NCBI GenBank assembly: GCA_963675245.1
Contig: OY775910.1
Location: 320,001-384,000, forward strand
Length of the DNA stretch: 64,000 bases
From: Acholeplasmataceae bacterium
GTDB taxonomy: Bacteria > Bacillota_I > Bacilli_A > Acholeplasmatales > Acholeplasmataceae
Direction: 5' to 3'
Below the pieces are notes generated by a model that did no database searches, had not been told where the DNA came from, and saw nothing but the letters and a program-made list of their open reading frames with translations. Position numbers and translations under genes: made by a program. Shown here piece after piece: positions 20,408 through 29,623 of the stretch (within the stretch, counting starts at the first letter, position 1; each line of letters begins with the position of its first letter).

Positions 20408-21708
20408 CCTGAAATGGCTAATGATTCTAAATAGACACTTGGTGATCCAATAGATGAAATACTGAATTTCAAATCATTGCCTAATCCTTTGACATGATTG
20501 AGCATGTCGAAGAAATTACCGGATGCGACGACCATCTTCACAGGATGATCAATTACACCATTTGAAATCTTGTACCCACTAGCTTGCATTGAGAACTCAC
20601 CTGATACAGCATTTGCACCCGCATGTAAACCACTAATATCCGTAATATAGATACCTTCTTCAATCGGCTTAATCAGTTCATCAAAACTTTGTTCGCCAGG
20701 TACTAAATATAAGTTGGTTGGATTAATGCCATTACCAAATCCATTACCGGTTGGTTCAACATTAAACATTTTAGCAGTTTTTAAATTGTGTAGGAACCCT
20801 TCAAACACACCATCTTTAAAGACATAACGTGTATGACATGCAACTCCTTCATCATCGAATGGCATTTGGAATGGTGCTTCCTTAGATAGTGGATCATCTA
20901 TAATAGATATATTTTTACCTAAAACTTGTTCTCCAACTTTATCTTTTAATTTCGTTAAATTTCTTAACGCAGACTGTCCATTAAATGTTGAACTAAACAT
21001 CCCTAACATCTGGCTAAATATTTTATTTGATAACACAGTTGGATAACGTTTCGTAGGTACTGACGTACCACCAACCTTCTTTTCTCCACTTGATACGACT
21101 TCATTAATGACTTCTTGTGCATCAAATGTTTCAAAGTCTTTACCGATATTGACATAAAACTCTGTTTTAATATCATCATCTTTCTCAAAGACACCACCTG
21201 CGAAGATATATGCATAATTCGCATTCCTTGATAAATTTAATCCTTTAGAGTTAACAATGGTTGTAGTATTGACGGATTCAACGTACCCAGTTTGTTGGAC
21301 TGTTTTTGCGAGCGGACTTTTTAAAATGCCAGCTTCAATTTCTTTTAGCATGTTGATTTTATCAGTGACTGGTACTTGACTAAAATCAAAATCACTTGGT
21401 TCAACTTCTGGATAGTTATCTGAACCTTCATAAATGATTGCTGGTTCAGAGACTGTTAATGCTTTCACATTTTCAATCAATTGTTCAATCATGTATTCTG
21501 CTGTTTCATCATTTGTATGTTCAAAAGAAACACTCGCTAATTTACCTTCATAAACACCACGAATTCTGATGCTTTCAACATCACTGATCGTGTGGTCTTC
21601 AAGTTTTTGTTGATATACTTTAAGCTGAAGTGACTTTTCTCTTGTAACAAATACTTCAATATCAGAAAGACCTTTACTTAATCCTAATTCGATCCATTTT
21701 TTATACAT
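20398..21708 (-). CDS. pmbA: TldE/PmbA family protein
   Basis: PFDDEG, GFLHN, TGN, GEFS, SGN, GSPS; no HExxxH. Confidence 0.92.
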   Translation of the reverse strand: MYKKWIELGLSKGLSDIEVFVTREKSLQLKVYQQKLEDHTISDVESIRIRGVYEGKLASVSFEHTNDETAEYMIEQLIENVKALTVSEPAIIYEGSDNYPEVEPSDFDFSQVPVTDKINMLKEIEAGILKSPLAKTVQQTGYVESVNTTTIVNSKGLNLSRNANYAYIFAGGVFEKDDDIKTEFYVNIGKDFETFDAQEVINEVVSSGEKKVGGTSVPTKRYPTVLSNKIFSQMLGMFSSTFNGQSALRNLTKLKDKVGEQVLGKNISIIDDPLSKEAPFQMPFDDEGVACHTRYVFKDGVFEGFLHNLKTAKMFNVEPTGNGFGNGINPTNLYLVPGEQSFDELIKPIEEGIYITDISGLHAGANAVSGEFSMQASGYKISNGVIDHPVKMVVASGNFFDMLNHVKGLGNDLKFSISSIGSPSVYLESLAISGEA

Positions 21709-23093
21709 TATTTTTGACCTCCTGATCCGCCAACAGTCATACCTGTAACACGAAGTGGTGGTTGTCCAACATCAACAGGAATACTTCCTGAAACTGATCC
21801 ACACATACCTTGGCCAAATGTTAAGTTATCAGCTACTCTATCAATCTTAAATAAGATATCTTTACCATGTCCAATGAGCATAGCACCTCTGACTGGTTTT
21901 GTAATTTTACCGTCTTCGATCATATAACCTTCTAAGACAGCAAAGTTAAACTCGCCTGTTGCTGGAGACACTTGTCCACCACCAAGTTTTTTAGCAAATA
22001 ATCCATGTTTTGTATCTTTAATAATATCTTCAAGTTTATCTTTACCAGGTGCAATATAGGTTGAGTTCATACGTGAGGTTGGAGAGAATTTATACGATTG
22101 TCTTCTTGCAGAACCAGTTGATGCCATTCCCATCATCATACCACGACGATAATCAACCAAATATCCCTTTAGTACGCCATTTTCGATGAGTAAGTTCTTT
22201 TGCGTTTTCTTACCTTCATCATCATAAGATAATCTTCCCCAAGCACCATCAACATCGCCATCATCATAGGCTGTTACGACATCAGATCCGACCTTCTCAC
22301 CAATCTTACCAACAAATGGTGATAAGCCTTTTGAAATGGCTGTTGCTTCTAATGGATGACCACATGCTTCATGGAAAATAACACCACCAAAACCGTTATT
22401 TAAAATAACTGGCATGACTTGTGGTTCAATTTCTTCAGCACTTAATAATGTGATAGCTGAAGTCGCTGCTTCTAATGCTAATGCCTTAAAATCAATCATA
22501 TCAAAAATTTCAAATCCAGCATAACGACCTGGTGCTTCATACCCATATTGCATTACACCATTTTCGCTCGCAACTGCTTGAACCACAATACGTGTATAAA
22601 CGCGCACGTCATCTTGATAAACACCTTTTGAATTAGCAATCAATACTGATTGTCTTTTTTCGATAGATTGTGCAATAGCCTGAACAATTCTTGGGTCTTG
22701 CGCTTTCATTAAATTAGATAATTCGACTAATTTTTCTGAACGTTCCGCATTTGAAACATCTTCAATTTGTTTTTCAACAGTTGTCACGTAAGGTTTCTTT
22801 TCACCAAGTGGTACACTCTTCTTTACATCACCAGAAAATGAAGCTCTTAAATTTTTTACAACATCTAAAATAGCTTCTTTGTTCACATGATTTGTGTAGC
22901 CATATACTTCATCAACACCTTGAATTAGACGGACACCTACTCCATGTACATTACCACTGCCAAGCTGTGATACATCACCATTAGTAACAAGCATTTGTTG
23001 AGTTAGTGTATCTTCTAAAAAGATTTCAACAAAGTCAGCACCCGTTGATAGACCTTCATCAATTAGTACTTGTAAATCTTTTTTCTCAATCAT
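21708..23093 (-). CDS. tldD: TldD metalloprotease
   Basis: HEACGHPLE, YDDEG, STGSARRQSY, RMNST, GMCGS, GQP; start set by SD spacing. Confidence 0.95.
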   Translation of the reverse strand: MIEKKDLQVLIDEGLSTGADFVEIFLEDTLTQQMLVTNGDVSQLGSGNVHGVGVRLIQGVDEVYGYTNHVNKEAILDVVKNLRASFSGDVKKSVPLGEKKPYVTTVEKQIEDVSNAERSEKLVELSNLMKAQDPRIVQAIAQSIEKRQSVLIANSKGVYQDDVRVYTRIVVQAVASENGVMQYGYEAPGRYAGFEIFDMIDFKALALEAATSAITLLSAEEIEPQVMPVILNNGFGGVIFHEACGHPLEATAISKGLSPFVGKIGEKVGSDVVTAYDDGDVDGAWGRLSYDDEGKKTQKNLLIENGVLKGYLVDYRRGMMMGMASTGSARRQSYKFSPTSRMNSTYIAPGKDKLEDIIKDTKHGLFAKKLGGGQVSPATGEFNFAVLEGYMIEDGKITKPVRGAMLIGHGKDILFKIDRVADNLTFGQGMCGSVSGSIPVDVGQPPLRVTGMTVGGSGGQK

Positions 23094-23097
23094 AATT

Positions 23098-24888
23098 TTA
23101 TCCTTTCGTCGTTTTTTCATCATATTGCAATTCGTAAAGATTACGATATAATCCTTTTTGTCTTAATAACTCTTGATGATTTCCAGATTCTTTGATTTCA
23201 CCTTTTTGCATCACGATAATACGATCCGCATGCTGAATAGTTGATAATCTGTGGGCAACAATTAACATCGTTGATATGTTCATCATTTTTTCTAAAGATT
23301 CTTGAATCAACTCTTCTGTTTCACTATCAATATTTGCGGTTGCTTCATCCAAGATCATCAATGATGGTTTATAAACAAGCGCTCTAGCAAAACTGATGAG
23401 TTGTCGTTGTCCACTCGAGAAGTTATTACCACGCTCACGTACGATATGATCATAACCATCAGGTAATGTGTCAATAAATGTATTTGCACCAACATACTCG
23501 CTAGCAGACTTAACTTCTTCCATGGTGATCTCATTATCACTTAATGTGATATTATCTTTAATCGTGCCAGAGAATAAGAAGACATCTTGAAGCATTTGTC
23601 CTATCTTATCTCTTAATGAAGAACGTTTAATTCGTTTGATATCCATGCCATCAATTAATATTTGACCTTTTTGAATCTCATAGTTTCTAACAATTAAACT
23701 TAAAATGGTTGTCTTTCCTGAACCGGTTGCACCAACAAACGCTACCGTTTCACCTGGATTCACTTTAAAACTAACACCTTTTAATACCCATTCATCAGGA
23801 ATATACTGGAACCATACATCTTTAAATTCAATTTCACCAGAAAATGATTCGAGTTCAATCGCGTCTTCATCATCAACAATCGATGGTTTTGTGTCTAAAA
23901 CATCAAATACCTTTTCTGCACTAGCAAATGCATTTTGAAGCATATTGAACTGTTCTGCAATTTGTTGAATTGGTTCAAAGAAGTTACCAACATATTGATA
24001 GAATGAATAAAGCAATCCTGTTGATAAAACACCTATTAAAACTTCTTGGAAACCAAAATAAAGTGTGAGTACACTTCCAATCATCGCGATCATAAAAATT
24101 GTTGGTCGATAAATACCGAAAACGAGAATTTCACGTAAATAGCTCTTCTTTAGATGTTCACTTCGTTCTTTAAACTCACGACGCTTTTTATCTTCTTGAT
24201 TGAAAATCTGAGTTACTTTCATACCTGATAAATTTTCAGATAAGAACGCATTGACTTCAGAAACGTTTTGACGAACTAAACGATAACTTGATCTCGAGAA
24301 TTTTCTAAACAATACACTAGCAATTAATACAAGTGGCACTGTGATTAATACGATTAATGCCATTTTCCAATTCAAAGCAAATAAGATGAAGACAATAGCA
24401 ACTAAGTAAATTAAGTTTCTTACGAGATTAACACCGATGTTCGTATACATTTCAGATATCGCATTCGTATCGTTTGTGACACGAGTAACTAGTTTTCCAA
24501 CAGGGACTTGATTAATCTGTTCAATCGCTAGACTTTCAATGTGTTTAAACACATCATCTCTTAGTTCCATGACAGTTTTTTGCCCAACTTTTTGAAGTAG
24601 AATTTCTTGGAAATACGCGACAACATTTGCTAAACCTAAGACGACAACGAAGCTCGCACTAACAAGAACAACTCTTAAAATCTTACCTTCTCTATCCAAA
24701 ACATCACTCGTAACTGTATCAATAATAAATCCAACCATTAACGGTGGCAATAATTGAACTGCTAAAGCAATAAACATCAATATTACAATAACAACAAATT
24801 GTTTCTTATAGGGTTTCATGTACGAAAGGAGTCTTTTTAGAACTTCTTTGTCACTTCTTTCCCGAGTGTTATCTTTGAAGTCTTTCAC
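23098..24888 (-). CDS. Heterodimeric ABC exporter subunit with canonical Walker B (BmrD/TM288-like)
   Basis: TMD+NBD, GATGSGKT, FSSGQRQ, LDEATAN. Confidence 0.93.
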   Translation of the reverse strand: MKDFKDNTRERSDKEVLKRLLSYMKPYKKQFVVIVILMFIALAVQLLPPLMVGFIIDTVTSDVLDREGKILRVVLVSASFVVVLGLANVVAYFQEILLQKVGQKTVMELRDDVFKHIESLAIEQINQVPVGKLVTRVTNDTNAISEMYTNIGVNLVRNLIYLVAIVFILFALNWKMALIVLITVPLVLIASVLFRKFSRSSYRLVRQNVSEVNAFLSENLSGMKVTQIFNQEDKKRREFKERSEHLKKSYLREILVFGIYRPTIFMIAMIGSVLTLYFGFQEVLIGVLSTGLLYSFYQYVGNFFEPIQQIAEQFNMLQNAFASAEKVFDVLDTKPSIVDDEDAIELESFSGEIEFKDVWFQYIPDEWVLKGVSFKVNPGETVAFVGATGSGKTTILSLIVRNYEIQKGQILIDGMDIKRIKRSSLRDKIGQMLQDVFLFSGTIKDNITLSDNEITMEEVKSASEYVGANTFIDTLPDGYDHIVRERGNNFSSGQRQLISFARALVYKPSLMILDEATANIDSETEELIQESLEKMMNISTMLIVAHRLSTIQHADRIIVMQKGEIKESGNHQELLRQKGLYRNLYELQYDEKTTKG

Positions 24889-26645
24889 GCGACATCACCT
24901 CCTGAAACCAATTTTTCAAGACGTTGACGTCTAACCATATCACGATATAACTCTGATGATTTCATCAATTCATCGTGACTACCTACTGCAGATAACTTAC
25001 CATGATCTAACAAGATAATCTTATCCATTTTTTTAACAGTTGAAATACGATGAGCGATAAATATCGTCGTTTTACCTTGACGAATTTTATGAAGATTATT
25101 AATAATGGCATCTTCTGTTTTAGTATCAACTGCTGATACAGAATCATCTAAAATCAAAACTTCTGGATCTTTAGCTAAAGCACGTGCAATAGATATACGT
25201 TGTTTTTGACCACCGGATACCGTTACACCACGTTCACCTAATATCGTTTCAAATCCTTCTTTGAAATCCATCACATTATCATAAATATCCGAAAGCTTAG
25301 CTGCATGATGGACGAGTTCTTCATCAATTGATTCATGCGCAAAGCCAATATTTTCAGTAATTGATGTAGAAAATAAGAAATTATCTTGAGGGACATAACC
25401 AACTGTTTCACGCACTTGTTTAAGGGGTAAGTCCATGATGTCATGACCATCGATAAATATCATTCCTTTTTCTATATTATAGATCCTTAAAAGTAAATCC
25501 ACGAGTGATGATTTACCAGAACCAGTACGTCCTAATACACCGACCATTTCACCTGCTTTAATACTAAATGAAATGTTTTCTAATACATCTGCATCACCAT
25601 CAGGGTATTTAAACGAAAGTCCTTTGGCTTCAATCGAACCTTTCAGTTCATCAACTTCTACAACATCGTTGTGATCAGCAATATCTATTTCATAATCTAA
25701 GAACTTGGAAATACGTTCTGCACTAGCTTTTGCTTGTGAATTAATCTGAACGAATCTCGATAATGCCATCGTTGGCCACATCAGTGTAAAGAAATATGCG
25801 ATATATTCAGTAAGTTGACCACCAGTAAATCCGGTTTGTGCAAAGTTAATTACTCTCAAACTACCGATGATCACAATCACTAAAATAACGATATTTAATG
25901 CAATAGATAATGCAATATTAATACCGACCATATATTTAACGAATCCGATGTGTTTGTTATATAAATTTTCGTTTTTATCTCTAAATGCAAAAAATTCTTT
26001 TACTTCTCTTACAAATGCTTTAATCACCGTGATACCGGAGAAGTTTTCTTGTGTGAAATCAGATAATTCTTCAAACGCTTGTTGTCTTGCTTTAAAACGT
26101 TTTGACATCGCTTTTCTAATCAATACCATTGCGAATGTCAATAAAGCCATTGGGATAGCTGCAAATATCGTCATTCGCCAATCTAATGAAAACATACGAT
26201 ATAAGGCAAATCCACCCAAGGTTAGACCATCGACTAACATTAAAATACCCGGACCATAAGACATCCTGAGTGCTTCTAAATCATTAATAAAGAACGTCAT
26301 CATACCCCCGACTTTTTGTTCCTTATAATAATTTTGAGATAATTTAGTCGCGTGTTCAAACATGACGTTTCTTAACTGAAATTCAATGCGTCTAGAAGCA
26401 CCAAAAATTGTATATCGCCATATAAATCTTCCTACTGTAATAATAACTGCAATAATGGCTATACGTGTGATAGCTTCAATAATATTTGCCTGAACTTGAC
26501 TTCCATCTAACTCATCGATAATTCCCCCGACAAGTCTTGGAATTTCTAATTGGATCCAGTCTATTGCGACTAAAACTGCAATACCAACGAGAAAGTAAGG
26601 TAAGAATTTTATATAATACTTACCAAAATGTTTACTAAATAGCAT
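24885..26645 (-). CDS. Heterodimeric ABC exporter subunit with degenerate Walker B (BmrC/TM287-like)
   Basis: GRTGSGKS, VSGGQKQR, LDDSVSAVD. Confidence 0.93.
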   Translation of the reverse strand: MLFSKHFGKYYIKFLPYFLVGIAVLVAIDWIQLEIPRLVGGIIDELDGSQVQANIIEAITRIAIIAVIITVGRFIWRYTIFGASRRIEFQLRNVMFEHATKLSQNYYKEQKVGGMMTFFINDLEALRMSYGPGILMLVDGLTLGGFALYRMFSLDWRMTIFAAIPMALLTFAMVLIRKAMSKRFKARQQAFEELSDFTQENFSGITVIKAFVREVKEFFAFRDKNENLYNKHIGFVKYMVGINIALSIALNIVILVIVIIGSLRVINFAQTGFTGGQLTEYIAYFFTLMWPTMALSRFVQINSQAKASAERISKFLDYEIDIADHNDVVEVDELKGSIEAKGLSFKYPDGDADVLENISFSIKAGEMVGVLGRTGSGKSSLVDLLLRIYNIEKGMIFIDGHDIMDLPLKQVRETVGYVPQDNFLFSTSITENIGFAHESIDEELVHHAAKLSDIYDNVMDFKEGFETILGERGVTVSGGQKQRISIARALAKDPEVLILDDSVSAVDTKTEDAIINNLHKIRQGKTTIFIAHRISTVKKMDKIILLDHGKLSAVGSHDELMKSSELYRDMVRRQRLEKLVSGGDVA

Positions 26646-26707
26646 AAAAAATACCCTCAAGTCTATAAAATACTCATAACTATTATAATTGATTTTTAAT
26701 CATAATT

Positions 26708-26742
26708 AAAAATAAAAACGTTTTTAACACGTTTTTATTTTT
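26708..26742 (-). terminator. Terminator after the SHOCT/DUF2089 operon
   Basis: 14-bp inverted repeat AAAAATAAAAACGT...ACGTTTTTATTTTT. Confidence 0.65.
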
Positions 26743-26748
26743 TGTTGA

Positions 26749-27129
26749 TTACTCAACAACGATTTTAACTGTATCGCCATCGCCAGATTCAACGTTGACG
26801 ATTTCGCCTTCCATACCTTGTGTAACCATTTCGATGATCGAGTCTACATCGACATCAACATCACCGAAATTCGCTTGGAACTTTTTGTTTTTAAGTAGCT
26901 TAGCGAATTCAACTGGGATTTTAACATTAACTTTATCGCCATCAGATGAGTTGATTAAGATTTTTAATAACTTAAATGGTCCTTTATTTCTTTGAACTAC
27001 AGTTGCATTTACTGTTTCATGTGATTCTAAAGCAGACAGTAAATCTTCTGCTTCCTTTGCATTTATCGTACCACTTGATAACATTTCAAGTATTTTTAAA
27101 CGTTCTTCTTTTAATTGATCTTTTGACAT
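26749..27129 (-). CDS. SHOCT-like domain protein (YvlB/LiaX N-terminus-like) with a C-terminal beta-rich domain
   Basis: EERLKILEMLSSGTINAKEAEDLLSAL; GGAGG SD. Confidence 0.85.
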   Translation of the reverse strand: MSKDQLKEERLKILEMLSSGTINAKEAEDLLSALESHETVNATVVQRNKGPFKLLKILINSSDGDKVNVKIPVEFAKLLKNKKFQANFGDVDVDVDSIIEMVTQGMEGEIVNVESGDGDTVKIVVE

Positions 27130-27155
27130 AATTTATTTCCTCCGAATTTTTTTTA

Positions 27156-27284
27156 TTATTCCATTTCTTCTTTATGTTCTAATGCTGCCAATAATTCATC
27201 CGCTTCCTTTGCGTCTAACGCACCTGTAGAAAGCATATTAAATATATGTACACAGCAACTTGTATTTTGTTTATTGAATGCCAT
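27156..27284 (-). CDS. 42-aa stand-alone SHOCT-like microprotein (absent from the ORF track)
   Basis: MAFNKQNTSCCVHIFNMLSTGALDAKEADELLAALEHKEEME; GGAGGAA SD; clear similarity to the N-terminus of the downstream gene. Confidence 0.85.
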   Translation of the reverse strand: MAFNKQNTSCCVHIFNMLSTGALDAKEADELLAALEHKEEME

Positions 27285-27306
27285 CGTATTTTCCTCCATT
27301 CAATGT

Positions 27307-27423
27307 TTAATTTTTTGATTCGTAACGATCAAATAATTTCAATGCAAATGCAACTAAGTTATAAGGTTGGTTTAGGCTCTGTCCTAAAATCGTCTGTTTG
27401 ACCTTTTGGTTGTTTTTTCTCAT
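27307..27423 (-). CDS. 38-aa hypothetical microprotein (absent from the ORF track)
   Basis: MRKNNQKVKQTILGQSLNQPYNLVAFALKLFDRYESKN; AAGGAGGA SD directly after the DUF2089 stop; fills the operon gap. Confidence 0.75.
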   Translation of the reverse strand: MRKNNQKVKQTILGQSLNQPYNLVAFALKLFDRYESKN

Positions 27424-27436
27424 AAAAACATCCTCC

Positions 27437-27841
27437 TTATTTCTTCAGCAACTTCATTGCCTCCTCAAAGCTGATTTCCTTTTTGCTGAGTTTATTTAAA
27501 ACATCATTTCGAGATGATTTATTCTTTTCTTCCTGGCGCTCTTCTTCTGCTTCAAGCGCTTCATCCACTGTATAGCCAAGTCCTTCGACTGCTTCATCCA
27601 ACATTTTTTTAACTGTAGGATAACTGATGTTTAATTCTTTTTCGACAGCTTTAATATTGCCACGGTTCTTAACGAACACTTCGATAAAGTATAATTTTTC
27701 AGTATCTAAATAGTTAAACTTTGAAAGTGAAAATGATCCGTCTATCGTTGTACCACAGTGATCACATTCTAATTTTACTGCATGTAAATCATGTTTGCAT
27801 ACTGGACAAGATGTTAATATTGGGTATGTTCCTTTTTTCAT
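27437..27841 (-). CDS. DUF2089-like protein (Zn ribbon + HTH + SHOCT-like tail)
   Basis: CPVC...CDHC, RGNIKAVEKELNISYPTVK, C-terminal VLNKLSKKEISFEEAMKLL. Confidence 0.88.
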   Translation of the reverse strand: MKKGTYPILTSCPVCKHDLHAVKLECDHCGTTIDGSFSLSKFNYLDTEKLYFIEVFVKNRGNIKAVEKELNISYPTVKKMLDEAVEGLGYTVDEALEAEEERQEEKNKSSRNDVLNKLSKKEISFEEAMKLLKK

Positions 27842-27853
27842 AATTATTCTCCT

Positions 27854-28207
27854 TTAAATTGTTTTGATGTAAATCTTTGCTTCATTTTTAGCATCTACTT
27901 CAACTTTTATACCTCTAACCATAAACTCACTAAATAATTGTCTATAAGTTACTGGAAATGATTCACTCACGATCTCATCCATTTTTTTCCTTATGAACAT
28001 TTTTGCAATGCCAATTGGAATTGGACAAGCGAGTAGGAATGCTAGAAAGACTGATAATCCTGGACTTTCATTAATTCTAATGCGCACTTTTATGAAATGT
28101 GCTTTTTTAAGTTTGTAGTGTTTTTCGTGACCATAGAGTTCCCGATAGGCCTTTTTCGGTGAAACATCTTTTGATTCACATTTAGTTAAGACTTCATAAT
28201 TTTCCAC
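27854..28207 (-). CDS. Hypothetical protein, divergent paralogue of 26749-27129 with a hydrophobic insert
   Basis: GTG start with GGAG SD; degenerate SHOCT-like N-terminus; FIKVRI...PIPIGIAK...VEVD...KIYIK. Confidence 0.75.
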   Translation of the reverse strand: MENYEVLTKCESKDVSPKKAYRELYGHEKHYKLKKAHFIKVRIRINESPGLSVFLAFLLACPIPIGIAKMFIRKKMDEIVSESFPVTYRQLFSEFMVRGIKVEVDAKNEAKIYIKTI

Positions 28208-28247
28208 TTTTCTTCTCCAAAACTTAATTTTTTTGATTTACACCTTG

Positions 28248-28276
28248 ATTATATTAATTAATTTTCATTTTGTCAA
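28248..28276 (-). promoter_or_regulatory. Promoter of the SHOCT/DUF2089 operon
   Basis: Exact TTGACA-17-TATAAT. Confidence 0.85.
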
Positions 28277-28374
28277 GCATTTTATTCACTTTTTATTAAA
28301 AAAATTAATTTCGACCTTAATAATCTTAATATTTTGGCTTAAATGCGTTATAATAATTAAGAACAGAAAGGAGA

Positions 28375-29592
28375 ATGATTATGCATTCACTCATTGAACG
28401 TTTCTTGCGTTATGTTAAAATTGATACACAATCAGATCAAGATTCACCCTCTTGTCCTTCAACAGAAAAACAAAAAAATCTTTCAAATCTACTTGTGAAA
28501 GAATTGAAAGAAATGGGACTAGATGCTTTTTTAGATAAGGATGGTTACGCGTACGCGTTAATTAAAGGAAATAAAACATCTGCTCCTGCTATAGGATTAG
28601 TTGCTCATGTAGACACATCACCCGACGCACCTGGCAAGGATGTTAATCCACGTATTATTAAAAACTATGATGGGTCATTAATTAAACTTAATGAAACCTA
28701 TCAAATGGATCCTGAAGGTTTTCCAAGTTTATCAAGAGTTATTGGTCAAGATATTATTGTGACTGATGGTTCAACTCTTTTAGGTGCTGATGATAAATGT
28801 GGGGTTGCTGAAATTATGGAAGTTGCCAAATATTTCACTGAAAACCCAGATGAACCTCATGGTGATATTTATATTTGCTTTACACCTGATGAAGAAATTG
28901 GTCGTGGTGCTGATCGTTTTGATCACAATTTCTTTAAAGCAGACTTTGCCTATACAGCAGATGGTTCTGAAGTGGGTGGTTTAGAATTTGAAAACTTTAA
29001 TGCTGCTTGGGTTTATTTAGATTTCACTGGTAAATCTATTCACCCTGGTTCTGCAAAAAATAAAATGATTAATGCGACACATGTCGCTATGGCATTTCAC
29101 GCGATGCTTCCTGAAAGAATGACACCAGAAAATACAGAAGGCTACGAAGGATTTAATCATTTACATAAATTAACAGGTGAAGTTGAATTTGCTCATAGTG
29201 CTTATTTAATTAGAAACCATGATATGAAGAAATTTAATCAACAAAAAGAAGACTTCAATCGTATCGCTAATTATCTCAATGATAAATATGGTTATCCTGT
29301 TGTGAAAATAGAGATTAAAGATAGTTACTACAACATGTATGAAATCATCAAAGATAATATGGCACCTGTTGATCTTGCAAAACAAGCCATCATGAATGTT
29401 GGGTTAACACCTACAATCGAACCCATTAGAGGCGGTACAGATGGTGCTAGACTCACATATGATGGTTTAATCTGTCCAAACATTGGTACAGGTGGTTATC
29501 AATTTCATGGACGTTTTGAATTCGCTTCTATTAATCAGATGCATCAAGCGGTTGATGTATTCATTGAAATTATTAAACTAGCAGCTAAATAA
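28375..29592 (+). CDS. pepT: Peptidase T
   Basis: RFLRYVKIDTQS, AHVDT, LLGADDK, TPDEEIG, RGGTDG. Confidence 0.96.
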   Translation: MIMHSLIERFLRYVKIDTQSDQDSPSCPSTEKQKNLSNLLVKELKEMGLDAFLDKDGYAYALIKGNKTSAPAIGLVAHVDTSPDAPGKDVNPRIIKNYDGSLIKLNETYQMDPEGFPSLSRVIGQDIIVTDGSTLLGADDKCGVAEIMEVAKYFTENPDEPHGDIYICFTPDEEIGRGADRFDHNFFKADFAYTADGSEVGGLEFENFNAAWVYLDFTGKSIHPGSAKNKMINATHVAMAFHAMLPERMTPENTEGYEGFNHLHKLTGEVEFAHSAYLIRNHDMKKFNQQKEDFNRIANYLNDKYGYPVVKIEIKDSYYNMYEIIKDNMAPVDLAKQAIMNVGLTPTIEPIRGGTDGARLTYDGLICPNIGTGGYQFHGRFEFASINQMHQAVDVFIEIIKLAAK

Positions 29593-29597
29593 AAAAT

Positions 29598-29623
29598 AAC
29601 GAGAACACTCAAATGTTCTCGTT
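29598..29623. terminator. Bidirectional terminator
   Basis: AACGAGAACA-6-TGTTCTCGTT flanked by A and T runs. Confidence 0.8.

Noticed and set aside
23098..26645. Degenerate Walker B or signature motifs as signs of pseudogenes (same pattern at 59326-62983)
   Set aside because: Normal asymmetry of heterodimeric ABC exporters
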